Below, piece after piece: positions 48,733 through 61,199 of a stretch of 64,000 nucleotides of DNA. Below the pieces are notes generated by a model. It searched no databases, was not told the origin of the DNA, and saw nothing but the letters and a program-made list of their open reading frames with translations. Made by a program: the position numbers and the translations under genes. Source of the DNA: Takakia lepidozioides (lineage: Eukaryota; Plantae; Bryophyta); assembly GCA_030704615.1 (NCBI GenBank), contig CM060733.1, positions 44,826,001-44,890,000 of the forward strand, in the 5' to 3' direction. How positions within the stretch are numbered: position 1 is the stretch's first letter; every line of letters begins with the position of its first letter.

Positions 48733-49453
48733 TCAAGCTATGCTTTTGCTCCAGTTGTCGTCATTCGACTTTGTCTCCTCTCGTGCTTTGGCCAACAGTT
48801 TGACCCCTTCTAGTTGGAATGAAAGCCCGTGTTTCTTTTGACGAAAATTCATCCAAGATCGGATGTTACACTTGACTGCAACGAGATCCCCTGAACGTAC
48901 GGATTCTCCATCCATTTTTTGGCCATTTCCGTTAAGGACTTCTATTGTATTGGACATCTCGTCGTTGTTTGTTTTTTGACGTTTGTTGTTACCGGACGTC
49001 GAGCCAGAGTTGTTTGCGTTAATTTTTAGGAGCTTTTCGTGAAGCTTATGTTGTTTCCACCTATCCACGTCATGTCCTCGCCTCTCCTCCTTCAATTATC
49101 AAACCATTTTGTATTGTATTTGCATAGTCGAACAAGAAATGGCTGTCTTCTATCAATATTGTGAATTTTGCGTCTTTTAGTTCTTTGGCGAAAGTCACGA
49201 ATCTGTAATTCCCGGTTTTGCCGATACCTACAAAGATTGCTATTTCTTCACGGTCCGAAGGGACGTTCCACAAGGCACTATGGGAGTTTGTCTTGTAGGG
49301 CAGGCGCTTCCATGTGTTCCCCACCTTTAAGGTATGATGGTCATTGGACGCGAAACTGTCGTATATCACGTTTGTCATGTCCTGGTGGGTTATTTCCTGG
49401 ATTTGTTGGTCCGTTTCAGTGTCTATTGTGTCGGCTATTTCCGACGTTGACAT
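48733..49453 (-). pseudogene. Frameshifted ORF resembling an OB-fold single-stranded DNA-binding protein (T7 gp2.5/DUF2815/DUF2738-like)
   Basis: C-terminal VRSGDLVAVKCNIRSW...KHGLSFQLEGVKLL; upstream TC-rich tract and telo-box-like motifs (49470-49536). Confidence 0.4.
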
Positions 49454-49989
49454 GGTTGTTTGTATGGTGCAGAGAGAGAGAGAGAGAGAGGCAGGGGCAG
49501 ATGAAAGTAGGGTTTTTTAGGAGAATTAAACCCTAAGAGTGCGACTTTAAAATTAATCACGCTAATCTATAGAACTGTGGCTTTCTCTCTCAGACCGAGG
49601 TTGATGCTACACCGCTTTGTTGGGAAGTTAGGTGCAAGGTGCGATGTAACAGTATGCTATATTCCTCTGCTTCACCTGTACTTGGAAGCATCATTCGATT
49701 AGGGACCCTCTCACAATCGGTTATTTTTTTAGCAGCAAGACCTAGTGAAGACGAAAGGCCTAGTCCATTGATGTTTTATTCAGGCCCAGCTATGTTGATT
49801 GAGGAATTCCAATAGGAGATGGCCCTTCACTTCCTGATCACAATTGTTTTGTTCCTGTCATAAAACCAGAGAACCTCACATCAGAACGTATAGGCTTACA
49901 AATACATACAGATCCATCTGCACTTTTTCAGTGCTCAAAGACTAGCAAAGGCATCCGAATACACATGACGTTCACCTACCAGGCATCAC

Positions 49990-51390
49990 CCATTCACAAT
50001 CTCCAAAGCCTCCCTACCACACCCAGTACATAAACAGAGTACACATAAGTTCCTTGCTTTGCATCCTCAATGCACCCACATTGGGCATACATGTCCACCA
50101 GGGCAGAGTTCAGAATGACATCTGGTACAATTCCAGCTTTGACAATGTCACCATAGACCTCTTTTGACCTTTTCCAGGGCTGCCAGGCTTGCACAAGCAT
50201 TGCAATCACACAAAAACATGATGTGGTTGGGCTTCACCCCTTCCCCCATAATTTGATCATAGGTCTCCAAGTCCACCATCCCACGTCCCTGCTGTGCATA
50301 CCCTGCGATGTTTGTGAGTGTGCACCTGCTTTCCAGCTTCCAGACCTTTCTTGGCGTGAATCCACATCAGAGTTTGTTGGCACTAGGAAAGGGTTCAGAC
50401 TGAGCTGCTCAACTACTCCCTGGTCTTAGTGGATTTACATAGTGTGCCAAACACAACATCTGGTGCCAAAGCCTCATCCAGTGCCCCTGCTGTGCATACC
50501 CTGCAAGCATCGAGTTCCACGACACCACATCTCAGCAAACTATCAAAGGTTTACTCAACTAGTAACTTGCAGAAATGAACATGAAAATTTAAGGACAATT
50601 TCGATAAGAGGGGAAAACAGGGTGAAATGTTTTGAAGAAGGTGTCTTCATTAGCAGTGCCTGATTTTATGAATTGTGCCGCTGCTGCTGAATCTGGACCC
50701 ACACTTTTCCGCTTTTCCAGGGCTGCCAGGCTTGCACAAGCATTGCCAACGCACACAAACGTGATGTGGTTGCACTTCACCTTTTCCCCAACATTTGTTC
50801 ATAGGTCTCCAAGGCCTCCATCCTGCGCCCCTGCTGGCATATCCTGCAAGCAAGAACACTCCCTGCGCATCCTCAATGCTCCCACATTTGGCATCCATGT
50901 CCATGAGGGTATTGTTCAGAATCACATCTGGTACAATTCCAGCTTTGGCAATGCAACCATGGACCTTTTTGCCCTTCTCCAGGGCTGCCAGGCTTGCACA
51001 CGCACTGCAAACACACACAAACCTGATCAGCCCAAAACCAATGGCCAGCTTCTCACTGTGGTGGCAAAGAGAAAATTCCTTTTCCTCCTTCCCCACATCA
51101 TGAAATACAAAGCACATGTCAGGCACATACCCCGCCTCCTTTCATCTGCCCAGACAATCTTCTCAGCTCAGCATGGATTTCCTTAATTCTGGGATGCAAC
51201 CTGTCATCTACAGCGAAGGTGTGCACCCTGTTGCAAATCTCAATGCAGCAACGACCTGGCACCTGCTTTCCAGCTTCCAGACCTTTCATCTTGATGCACT
51301 TAAGCAAGAGACAAACAAACGTATCTGAATTTGCTGAAATGCCTCCAACATTAATTGGCATACATGTCCACGAGGGTATTGTGGGCCAGG
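49990..51390 (-). pseudogene. Scrambled PLS-PPR and DYW fragments
   Basis: [12 protein letters not shown] placed upstream of PPR repeats; VHTFAVDDRLHP; LVDMYAQCG; 50570-50690 is the reverse complement of ~12000-12130. Confidence 0.8.
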
Positions 51391-52150
51391 GAAATGTATT
51401 GAAATAAGCGAGGAAAAAATAACCTCGGAGTACAGACCATGAGGATGAGAAAGGGGACACGGGGACACCGCCCCAACCTAAAAATAGGAAGAGCTGCAGG
51501 AAGCTTAGGACAAGAAGATTCTGCAGCGAGGGTATGGAGCTGTGAAGGACTAGAAGCTGGCGTTCACGGTTCTAGTGCCTAGAAGAAAAGAAAGAAAGAT
51601 GGGCCTTAGATTTGCCCTTCCTAAGAGAGCGCTTGTGGCGCCAATTAACATCAGATTCCTCAGGCTCTTCTGACTGTCTAGCACTACGAGAGCTACACTA
51701 CAAGAGCTACCAACATGGCAGGAAGCAGTTGTTCCAGATAATCGTTGATTCTGTTGATCTTGAGCACAGCTGCCCTCCTTTTCCCCAGGTGTTATCAAAG
51801 CTAGTACCTTACAACAACGGTAGATGTTAAAATCTTTGGATACTCTATTACGGAGAGAAACAGAAGGAGAGAACAATAAAACACATCGAGGTGCACAGAG
51901 AAATAAATGTTGGAGTCAGGAAAACATACAAATCTGTAGAAGAAAGACGATGATGGAACTGTTTTTTCCCGGGACTTCACTGCTGGTGTTGGATGATCCT
52001 TCATCCATGGTGAAAAGCTCACAAAAAATGCGACAGCAAATGGTTTGTCAGCTCTGCTCTTCCTGCCGCTTTACTATTCAGTTACAAAACATGATACCTT
52101 TCACCCTTCATGTTTAAGTGGTGCACTTTCTTTTCATGGATGCTGCTGTT

Positions 52151-55100
52151 TCACCAATAGTCTCCACAAGAACACACCCAGCCATCAAAGTGGTGAAAGC
52201 GATTGGCATCTTGTACAACAATTGCTGAGACAACAATCTTGGAGATGAACTTGGTGGCGGTGTGGCAGTGACCACACACCCAAAGATTTTTGATGACACG
52301 TCCCAGGGGGCGTGCTGATTAGCCCAAAAGCAATGGCCAGCTTCTCACTGTGGTAGCAAAGAGAAAATTCCTTTTGCTCCTCCTCCATATCATGCAATAC
52401 CAAGCGAGAGTGTCAGGCACATACCCTGCCTCCTTCATCTGCCCAGACAATCTTCCCAGCTCAGCATAGATTTCCTTGAATTTTGGATGGAATGTGTCAT
52501 CTACAATGACGGTGTGCACTATCTTAATGCAACACTGACCTCACTCCTTTATAACCCCTCTGACCTTCATCATTTTCATCACCTTTGCAGTCTCGTCCCA
52601 CCTGCCAGCTGCAGCATAGATGTTTGATAACAATACGTAACATGTTCATCCAACTTGAAAATAGATGTTGCCGCACGTTCTGCCATCTCCACATTGCCAT
52701 AAACTCTGCACGCACCAGCAAGGCCATCCACACCACAACATCTGGTTTGATTGGCATATTGTTAATGAAGTCCTTTGCCTCATCCAATTGCCCTGCAGAG
52801 CCAAGAAGGTTGACCATGCAGCCAAAGTGCTCTACTTTTGGAGTGACAACGTGATCTTGACTCAGAGAATTAAAGTAGTGTCGTGCTTCATCCACTAGGC
52901 CAACATGGCTGCATGCGGAGAGAACAGTAACACATATGAAGGTGATATTGTCTAGCTTCAAGCCTTCCTTTTGCATTCCTTCAAATAGTTGCAGGGCCTC
53001 CCTATGACAACCATGCTGGGCATATCCTGCAATCATCACATTCCAGGACACCACAGTTCGCTCAGCCATACTTTCGAACATTGCCTTTGCATCTTCAATG
53101 CTGCCACATTTGGCATACATGTCCATGAGGGTATTGTTCAGAATGACATCTGGTACAATCCCAACTTTGATGATGTCACCATGGACCTTTCTACCCTTTT
53201 CCAGGGCTGCCAGGCCTGCACATACATTGCAAACACAAACAAATGTGACCCGGTTGGGCTTCACACCTTCCTGCATCATTTGCTCATAAGTCTCCAAAGC
53301 CTCCATCCCACACCCATGCTGCACATATCCTGCAATCATCGAACTCCAGGACACTACATCTCGTTCAGCCATATTGTCAAACTCTCCCTTTGCACCTCTG
53401 ATGTTGCTGCATTTGGCATACATGTCCACAAGGGTATTGTTCAGAATCAGATCTGGTACGATTCCAGCTTTGATGATGTCTTCATGGACCTCTTAGCCTT
53501 TTTCCAGGGCTGACAGGCTCGCGTATGCATTGCAAATGCAAGTGAATGTGACCCGGTTGGGCTTCACCCCTTCCTGCATCATTTGCTCATAGGTCTCCAA
53601 AGCCTCCAGCTCATATCCATGCAGGGCATATCCTGCAATCATTATATTCCAGGACACTACATCCCGTTCAGCCATATTCTCGAACACTTCCTTTGCATCT
53701 CCGATGCTGCCACATTTGGCATACATGTCCATGAGGGCAGTGTTCAGAATGACATCTGCTACAATTCCAGCTTTGATAATGTCACCATGGACCTCTTTGC
53801 CCTTTTCCAGGGCTGCCAGGCTCACACATGCATTGCAAATACAAACAAATGTGGCCCGGTTGGGCTTCACCCTTCCTGCATCATTTGCTCATAGGTCTCC
53901 AAAGCCTCCATGCCACACCCATGCTGCACATATCCTACAATCATCGCATTCCAGGACACCACATCTCGTTCAGCCATATTTTTGAACACTCCCTTTGCAT
54001 CTTCGATGCTGCCACATTTGGCATACATGTCCACGAGGGTAGTGTTCAGAATGACATCTGGTACAAGTCCAGCTTTGATTACATCACCATGGACCTCTTT
54101 GCCCTTTTCCAAGGCTGCCAGGCTCACACACGCACTGCAGACACACACAAATGTGATCCGGTTGGGCTTCACTCCTTCCTGCATCATTTGCTCATAGGTC
54201 TCCAAAGCCTCTATGCCACACCCATGCCTGGCATATCCTGCGATTATTGCATTCCAGGATACCACATCCTGTGCAACCTTATTGTCGAACACCCCCTTTG
54301 CATCTTTGATGCTGCCGCATTTGTCATACATTCCCATGAGGGTTTTGTTCAGAATGACACCTGGTACAATTCCAGCTTTGATGATGTCACCATGGATCTC
54401 TTTGCCATTTTCCAGGGCTGCCAGGCTTGCACATGCATTGCAAACGCAAACAAATGTGACCCGGTTGGGCTTCACCCCTTCCTGCATCATTTGCTCATAT
54501 GTCTCCAAGGCATTCTTACCACACCCATACTTGGTAAATCCTACCATCATTGTATTCCATGTGAACAAACCTCGTTCAGGCATTTTGTTGAACACTTGGT
54601 GTGCAGCCATGATGCTCCCGCATTAAACATACATGTTCACAAGGGTGTTATGTAGGAAAACATTTGGTTTGAATCCACTTTGGGTAATGTGAGAGTGCAC
54701 CTGCTTTCCCATTTCCAGGCCTTTCATCTTGACGCACGCATGCAAGAGACAGACATAAGTATCTGTACCTGCTAAAATGCTTCCTTGGTTCAAAATTTGA
54801 AGAGTCTCTTTCAGTTTCCCTGCCTCACATAGTGTCCTCATATACCCGGAATTTCCAGAAGAGGTCCTGTGGACTCCCTCTCTTGGTCCTCTTTTGGAGG
54901 CTATGGTCATTGTGAGAGTGCCTGATTTTATCAATTGTGCCCTTGCTGCTGCTTGCAGTTGACCATCTACTCATGCAGGTTTCTTGTAGCTATCAATCCA
55001 CCGGGGACCATAGGCACTCTTGTGCTTGAAATCAGGCCCTCTTGGATGAATCTGGACCCACCTCCCATCCCTGCCTCCTTCAGCTATCCCTGCCTCGCCA

Positions 55101-55245
55101 CCACTAATTGACCCCCTTGCTGGTAGCAGCTCACAATGACTCAAGATTAAAAATCAGGGATGAATCTGATAAGAGGACATAACAAGCTTAAAGGCGTTGA
55201 AGAAGGAGGTCCACTCACCACATTGTCCTTGACCTTGTGTCATGA
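52151..55245 (-). pseudogene. PLS-E-DYW pentatricopeptide repeat protein (organellar RNA-editing factor family), frameshifted or with stops as assembled
   Basis: Canonical P-L-S triplets, LSACSHVGLVDEA, E domain, DYW with HSEKLA, CGHC and terminal CSCGDYW* (stop at 52151-52153); breaks near 53870, 53495, 52690 and 52400; start uncertain. Confidence 0.88.
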
Positions 55246-58200
55246 AAGCAGCAAGCTTTTCTTTCACCGATGGAGGATTCAACCAACCCCAAATCCAAAT
55301 AACCTCTAGTGTGCGCTATTTAGGTGTGTAGTCTGATGATCTTGGGTTGGTCTGTGAGAACCACCACGGAGCTGCTGAGCAGCCATAGTTTCAAGACGGC
55401 CTCCCAAAACCTATGTAGCCATTGCGCTCGCGCTCTCTTTCTCTCTCCTTTGAACATCAAACAGAAGCAGGGAGGAAAAGGGTCAGTCTCGACGAAGTAC
55501 CGTTCAAGAAGTTATTTTCGGCTTTTTCGGGCAATCCGGGCAGATAGAAAGAAATTGACGACGTACGAAACGTGGCGACGACAGGTGGCTACGACAGGTG
55601 GCGACGATGATTTGGCACTATGGCACCCTATTCCTGCTCTACGCTAAACTAGCTCTCGACCTTCGGTCGTTGCTAGAATAAGAGAAACAGGGGAATAGGG
55701 ATCCTTTTAATGTAGCGGGCCGCTGTCAGGTCCCTGTCCCCTCTGCACCCTGCCGCCTCATTACGCCGCACAAATTCTGAGGCTACTGGTAACCCAGGAT
55801 AGAGCGGCTGCATCTGTACCGTTGGCTGCCCAACGGTTTGATCTTAGTCTAAATCCGGCTGTCTTGTTGCAAGCAGGCACGTGGCCTAACCTCTGATCTC
55901 CCGTATAAAGTTAGCCCGATCTGGGGTCAAGGGTCTTTTGGTGAAATCGTGGATGAAAGGTGTACATCTGTGTGACTTCGGTGTTCTGCCAGTGGATGAA
56001 CAGGCGTGAGAATCCTATGTGCCGTCCTCTGCGTGTTTGGGTGCCTCAATTTCTGCATTGCATGCTCTTCTGAACTATACCCTTTCTTTTCTCGAGCGCT
56101 AACGGTGAGGAACGCCGCATATTCCTCCTGCTCAAAACAAGCCTTCACAAAACAGACGGCTGGCAAAGTTTGCTGTTGTGTGTGTATTGCAATCAAAATC
56201 AGAGATACAAATCGGTTTTGGGTTTTTGACAAAATTCACCGGTTTTTGTGTGGAGGCGGATCACTGGTGTGCAGAAGAAGGAAAGCCGTATGTGTTGTTT
56301 CTGAGGCGATTTCCTGAAATGCATGAACAGCCCCGCTGGGCTTTTGAGCTGCAATATGGACGAACAGCAGTTCAGTATGGTGGAAGTGACACACACAAAG
56401 AGACATACAGACTTGGAATAGGTATCAATCAAACAAGTGGACCGTGTGTCAGACTGAGAAAAGGTCCTTAAAAGACAGGTAAAAATTTTCAAATGAGAAA
56501 TTGCTTTATTCCAGTTTGTACAAACAAGAGTTGGACTCCAGGAATCTCCAAGGATCTGCATGGAGAAGCCTCTTATTGCTACTCAAAAGAACCTGAATAG
56601 ACCGTGTAGAAATAGATTCCATACCACTATATAGGCCAACAGCCTTGGCAGGGTTGTCATTTCCCCCACTCCCTCTGCATACCCCTGTGCATCAATTATA
56701 AGAACCAATTTTGCCACCTGCAGTCGGATTGTGAACCAGACAGTTCAATGTGCTTGCACGCATTAATAGTAACAAATTCTCCGAGACTGGAGAACAAGGC
56801 ATAACGATAGAGTGAAGAAAGGCAGAGATAACTTACAGCATAGGGGTGTGCAAATGCAAAATCAATGGCATGCCATGATGGAATCAGGAATGATGGGCTC
56901 AACTGTACACCATACTTTGCTGCCATCCATCTTGTGGCAATCTGAACCCACCACACCACAAGTTTAATACATAAGAACCACCCGTTGATGGACAATATGT
57001 GACATGGCCGTCTCATATGTCAAGGATGGCTACATTCCAGTTAATATCTGGTTGAAAAAAGTGAGATCATCCAAGGGAGAGGGAGAGAGAGAGGACCTCT
57101 GGAAGAGAAAGCTGAAGGTGGAACTTTGGGCCATCATAGTGGTGCAGCACAGGCCTGAAAGCATCCTCTTCCGGTGGCTTCGGATACGGATTCGTACCTG
57201 GAGATTGCCACAAAGAGAACCAGCCAGACGTGTTCAGGCTTCATTAGCAATTTCATGCCAGAGAGGAAGGTCAACAGTGGCATGCTGCATTGATCCTACG
57301 CCTTGCCATTTGGATGTACTGTTCCAGGATCCAGTGCCCACTAACTACAAGTAACTGCAGTGCCTTTGATAGAGCTAGGTTGGCATACAGCCACAAGCAC
57401 CTACCAATACCTTGTTTAAGTGGATGATTTAGTCTTGAAGAAAGACCCTTCAGCAAACAAGATCAATCTCAAAGCCCTTCTGCTGGGAATCTCTATCTGC
57501 ATGAATATTTCAGGCTAGGGAGGAAAATCGAGGGAAAATCTTACGTCTAATATGCTTGGTTGGTGAGTCAATATGTAAGGTCGCAGACCATGCTGAGCTG
57601 CCTAGGACTGAATGAAAAGCAGACCTGTGCAATCTTAAACAGTACCTATATATATACAGAGAAAGACCACAATCGTGCGTCTACGAACACACTGGTCTCC
57701 CAGTTACTGATTTTTCTTAAGAACGTGTCCATGGATCATCAATGCCGAGCTACTGGAAGGCCTATCGGTTAACTCCCGGCTTCGAGCACTTATGTAAATT
57801 CCACGTTCCACAAAAGAATGGACTGACTGGGAGGTGAGTGGATGGTCTAACTGACAGTGCTCGTGACACTGCAGCTTTGAAGTCCTATCTAGAAATATCG
57901 ATCGATAAGTTCAATTGTCAAAAACGAATCGGGTCAGGTTCACACTTTCACACACCTGAATGATGCCAGGCCTCGCAATAGTTGATTTTCATGCAAGACA
58001 ACCTCACGTAATTTTTGGTCCTCAGAAACAAGAGGCCCGCATGTTCGAGCTTCGCAGCTATGGAACCTCACTGCCTCGACGGACAGCTCCAGCGGCGCTT
58101 GGCGGGCAGCTCGCGGGATAACCTTCGTTAGCAATTGCTAACTTTTAGCCATAAGTGCGGCTGCATTATCCCGGGCCAACCAACCACTGCTTAACAGTGG

Positions 58201-58511
58201 CTAACTAACAGTGGCTAGCAGTGGCTAGTTAGCCACTTGTGCGGCCGGGGCCTTATTTGAGTGGTCATAGGGCGTTCTACCCTATCCGCTTGGTGGGTCC
58301 CACATGCCCGTCCGCTGGCTGATCAGCCCTTGTGGAAGGGCCCATGTGCGCAGGCCGAGAGTAGAGAGGCATCTTGTGAGCCTTCAGTGTGTAATCTTTG
58401 GCTGTGCCTGCTTGCCTGCCCTTGCACTGTGGCCAGGGCTTGCTTGAGCTCTACTACATTTCGCTGGCATTTTCGTGGTCCAACAACTGTGGTCGGTGAC
58501 AGAGGGAAGAA

Positions 58512-60737
58512 ATGGCGTGTGTGGCAGCTTTGGCTGGCACATCAGTGGCTGCTGCAGTGACCTCCTCGGCTTCGGTCCCGCGCTCGGCTGTTGGCTCGTC
58601 CTCACCCGTTTCTCTTTTCCGACGAAGAAGTTTCAATGGCGGGGCTGCGAGGCTGACTTCCCGAAGAGCAGGTTTTGTTTCCCCTTTCTGTGTGTTCTGA
58701 TCGTGTGAGAGAAGCAGTCAGCGAAACGTGGTTCTTGGCAGGGTACAATTTTCGGGTGTACTTGAACCTTGTTTGATGTGTCTAGACAAATCGGAACCTA
58801 TTCTTGAAAATCTGGGCGTTATACCCCTGAAATAGAATTTGTGAGATCTGACTCCGTCGGCTTGATGTGATTGTTTTCTAGTCGGAATGCATAAGTCTTT
58901 TCTAGCATTGTGAGATCGCATATGTGAATTGGCTGGGATGTTTCTAAAGGTTAAGGCCATTGGGAGCAATATCGTACATGCTGCTCCTTCCTGCTCATCA
59001 TGCTCGATAAAGATTGGAACGATTTTTTGATTTCCTGTTAACGAAAGTCGAACTCGTGTCGTTCATGTAGAACACCTATAGAGCTGAACCTAGCAGGCGT
59101 GTTGTGTGTTATTAGACATTGAAGATTTTTTTGCTAGGATAACCAATTCAACACTCGAGCAATCAAGAATACAGGGAGCAAGACCAAGATATCAGGGGCT
59201 CAAGTGAAGTACACCTTTTTTGATTGGTTCTATTACTGTTGCGCATCATCTCGGCATTTTCCACCTGAAACATTATCTACAGATCATTGGGCTGTAGCTA
59301 TCCTGTTTGAAATGTTCAAAGCAGTCCGCAGTATTTCGCTAACAAGACCTGCTTATGCCACAGAGACAAGGAGGCTTCAACCCTTTCTTATCCGAGGAGC
59401 ATCATCTGAGGAGACCACACCAGATGTGACAAAGCAAGTGGAGGAGCTCTTGAGCGACCTAAAGGCCAAGGTCAGCTTTGCATGAATCTCACCTGCTAGC
59501 AAGTGTAGCCCTTTTGGGAGGAAGTTGTACGGAGAATTTGACATGGGACCTGCAATTTGGTATATTAAATGTAATGTAGTTTCTATGTAAATTCCTGCCA
59601 ATTCTGAGATACAGAGGTCATGGGACAAAGGTGAAGGGGCTCAAAAAGGTCTATGGCAAAAGGTCTATGGCAGGTGGCAGTGTAATCACTGTGGTTTGAC
59701 ATTTATTTTTTGTGCTCCTCGTCCATTGTTAACATTTTCTTCAATCAGAGAACCACTGAATCTCAGATTTGTCAGGTTGTCCCATCAGCATTGCAGCTTG
59801 CAGGTTTGAGTTACCTGATTGTCTTTTGTGCATGGATGTACAGTGGGATAGCGTGGAGGACAAGAGTCCACTGGCTATCTATGGCGGTGGTGCACTTGTG
59901 GCGCTATGGCTCTCATCCACCATTGTTGGTGCTATTAATGCTGTGCCATTGGTACCATTCCAAGAACCCATGTTCCCAGATGTTAGGACTTGTTCTAAGT
60001 TTTTCCTTTTTGTGAACCGGGAAGTATATTGTTTTCCTCCATAATGGGGAAGTTGTAGGAGCATTCTTAGGCATTTAACTTGCAAAATTATATATAGCTG
60101 TCTGGTAGTGAGCTTATTGGTGATGGCAACTCGGTTCTGTTTGCATTCTTCAGATATGAATTTGTATTGAACTGATTGAAAGACTCTAAGGTCTGTCTCT
60201 CTCTACACTTTGGAGGGGAAATGGCAGATAAAATAATACATTCCGTTAAGTTCAAATAGGTCCAATGTGACGTTGTACTTTTGTTTGAACAGCTTCCCAA
60301 AGTCATGGAGCTGGTTGGTCTCGCCTATACTGGGTGGTTTATCTATCGCTACTTGCTTTTCAAGGTGAGCTCTACTTTGCTGTACTAGCGTCACACCTCT
60401 TCCCTTTTCCTTGATGGAGACATGCAAGCAGGTGGATGCAAACAATCAGTTGGTGTGAGTGGTTGAATTGCTTAGGCTTTTGTCTAAAGGGAGTGGAGGG
60501 TGGGGGCGCCCTTACCTGGTTATCCCCACTAGCAAATTCTGATGTGTTCTCAATAATTTGCTTTGTGGTTGCATGAGTTCAACATCTCTCATCTGAGTAC
60601 TAATTGATTCACGCGCTCTGATTGAAGTTGCTCATGAGTACATTTTCCTATTGCAGTCAAGTCGGGCTGAGCTTGCCGTTGATATCAAGGAGTTGAAGTC
60701 AAAGATCACTGGTGCGAAGGATGAGATACAAGGGTAG
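58512..60737 (+). CDS. CURT1A: CURVATURE THYLAKOID 1A-like chloroplast protein; exons 58512-58671, 59322-59470, 59844-59951, 60293-60364, 60657-60737
   Basis: Ser/Ala/Arg-rich transit peptide; KWDSVEDKSPLAIYGGGALVALWLSSTIVGAINAVPLLPKVMELVGLAYTGWFIYRYLLFKSSRAEL matches the CAAD domain; GT-AG introns keep the frame. Confidence 0.93.
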
Positions 60738-61199
60738 GTAAGTGCTGGAAAGGAGGCGTCCATTTGCCCTCCCATGTAATTTGTAGCTGTCAGATCCAGG
60801 GTTATGGAGTAAGGGAGTTTTGGAGGCTCCCTTTCACCCCTAGCCGCCCCTGTATTAGTCCAATTGAATCCTACATTTACAGTTCTCTCTTAGAAAGCGT
60901 AGCCCCTCAAGTCTTGGTCATACCTTACAGGGTTTTTTGTGGAAACTTTATGGCTGACGTGGTGAATCAATGACTATCTCTTCCATATCTTTTGTCATGA
61001 TCTCATCGTGTTGGTCAGCCAGTTGTCATAGTAGCAGTCACTGCCCTGAGTGTGAGAATAGCAGTTTCTGTTTTGTCTTTTTCTCACACTCTAAACTCGT
61101 CAGAATAGCATTGGTCCAGCTTGTACCACCAGAGAAGCAAGCATCAATTCTTCTTCTTGTGCCCTACCCATTATAAGATCCCTTGTGCTAAATTTTTCT

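Noticed and set aside
52585-54655. Long plus-strand ORFs opposite the PPR gene
   Set aside because: Antisense shadows of repetitive PPR coding sequence
55900-57900. Possible gene between the PPR gene and CURT1A
   Set aside because: No recognisable domains or consistent exon structure; possibly decayed repeat
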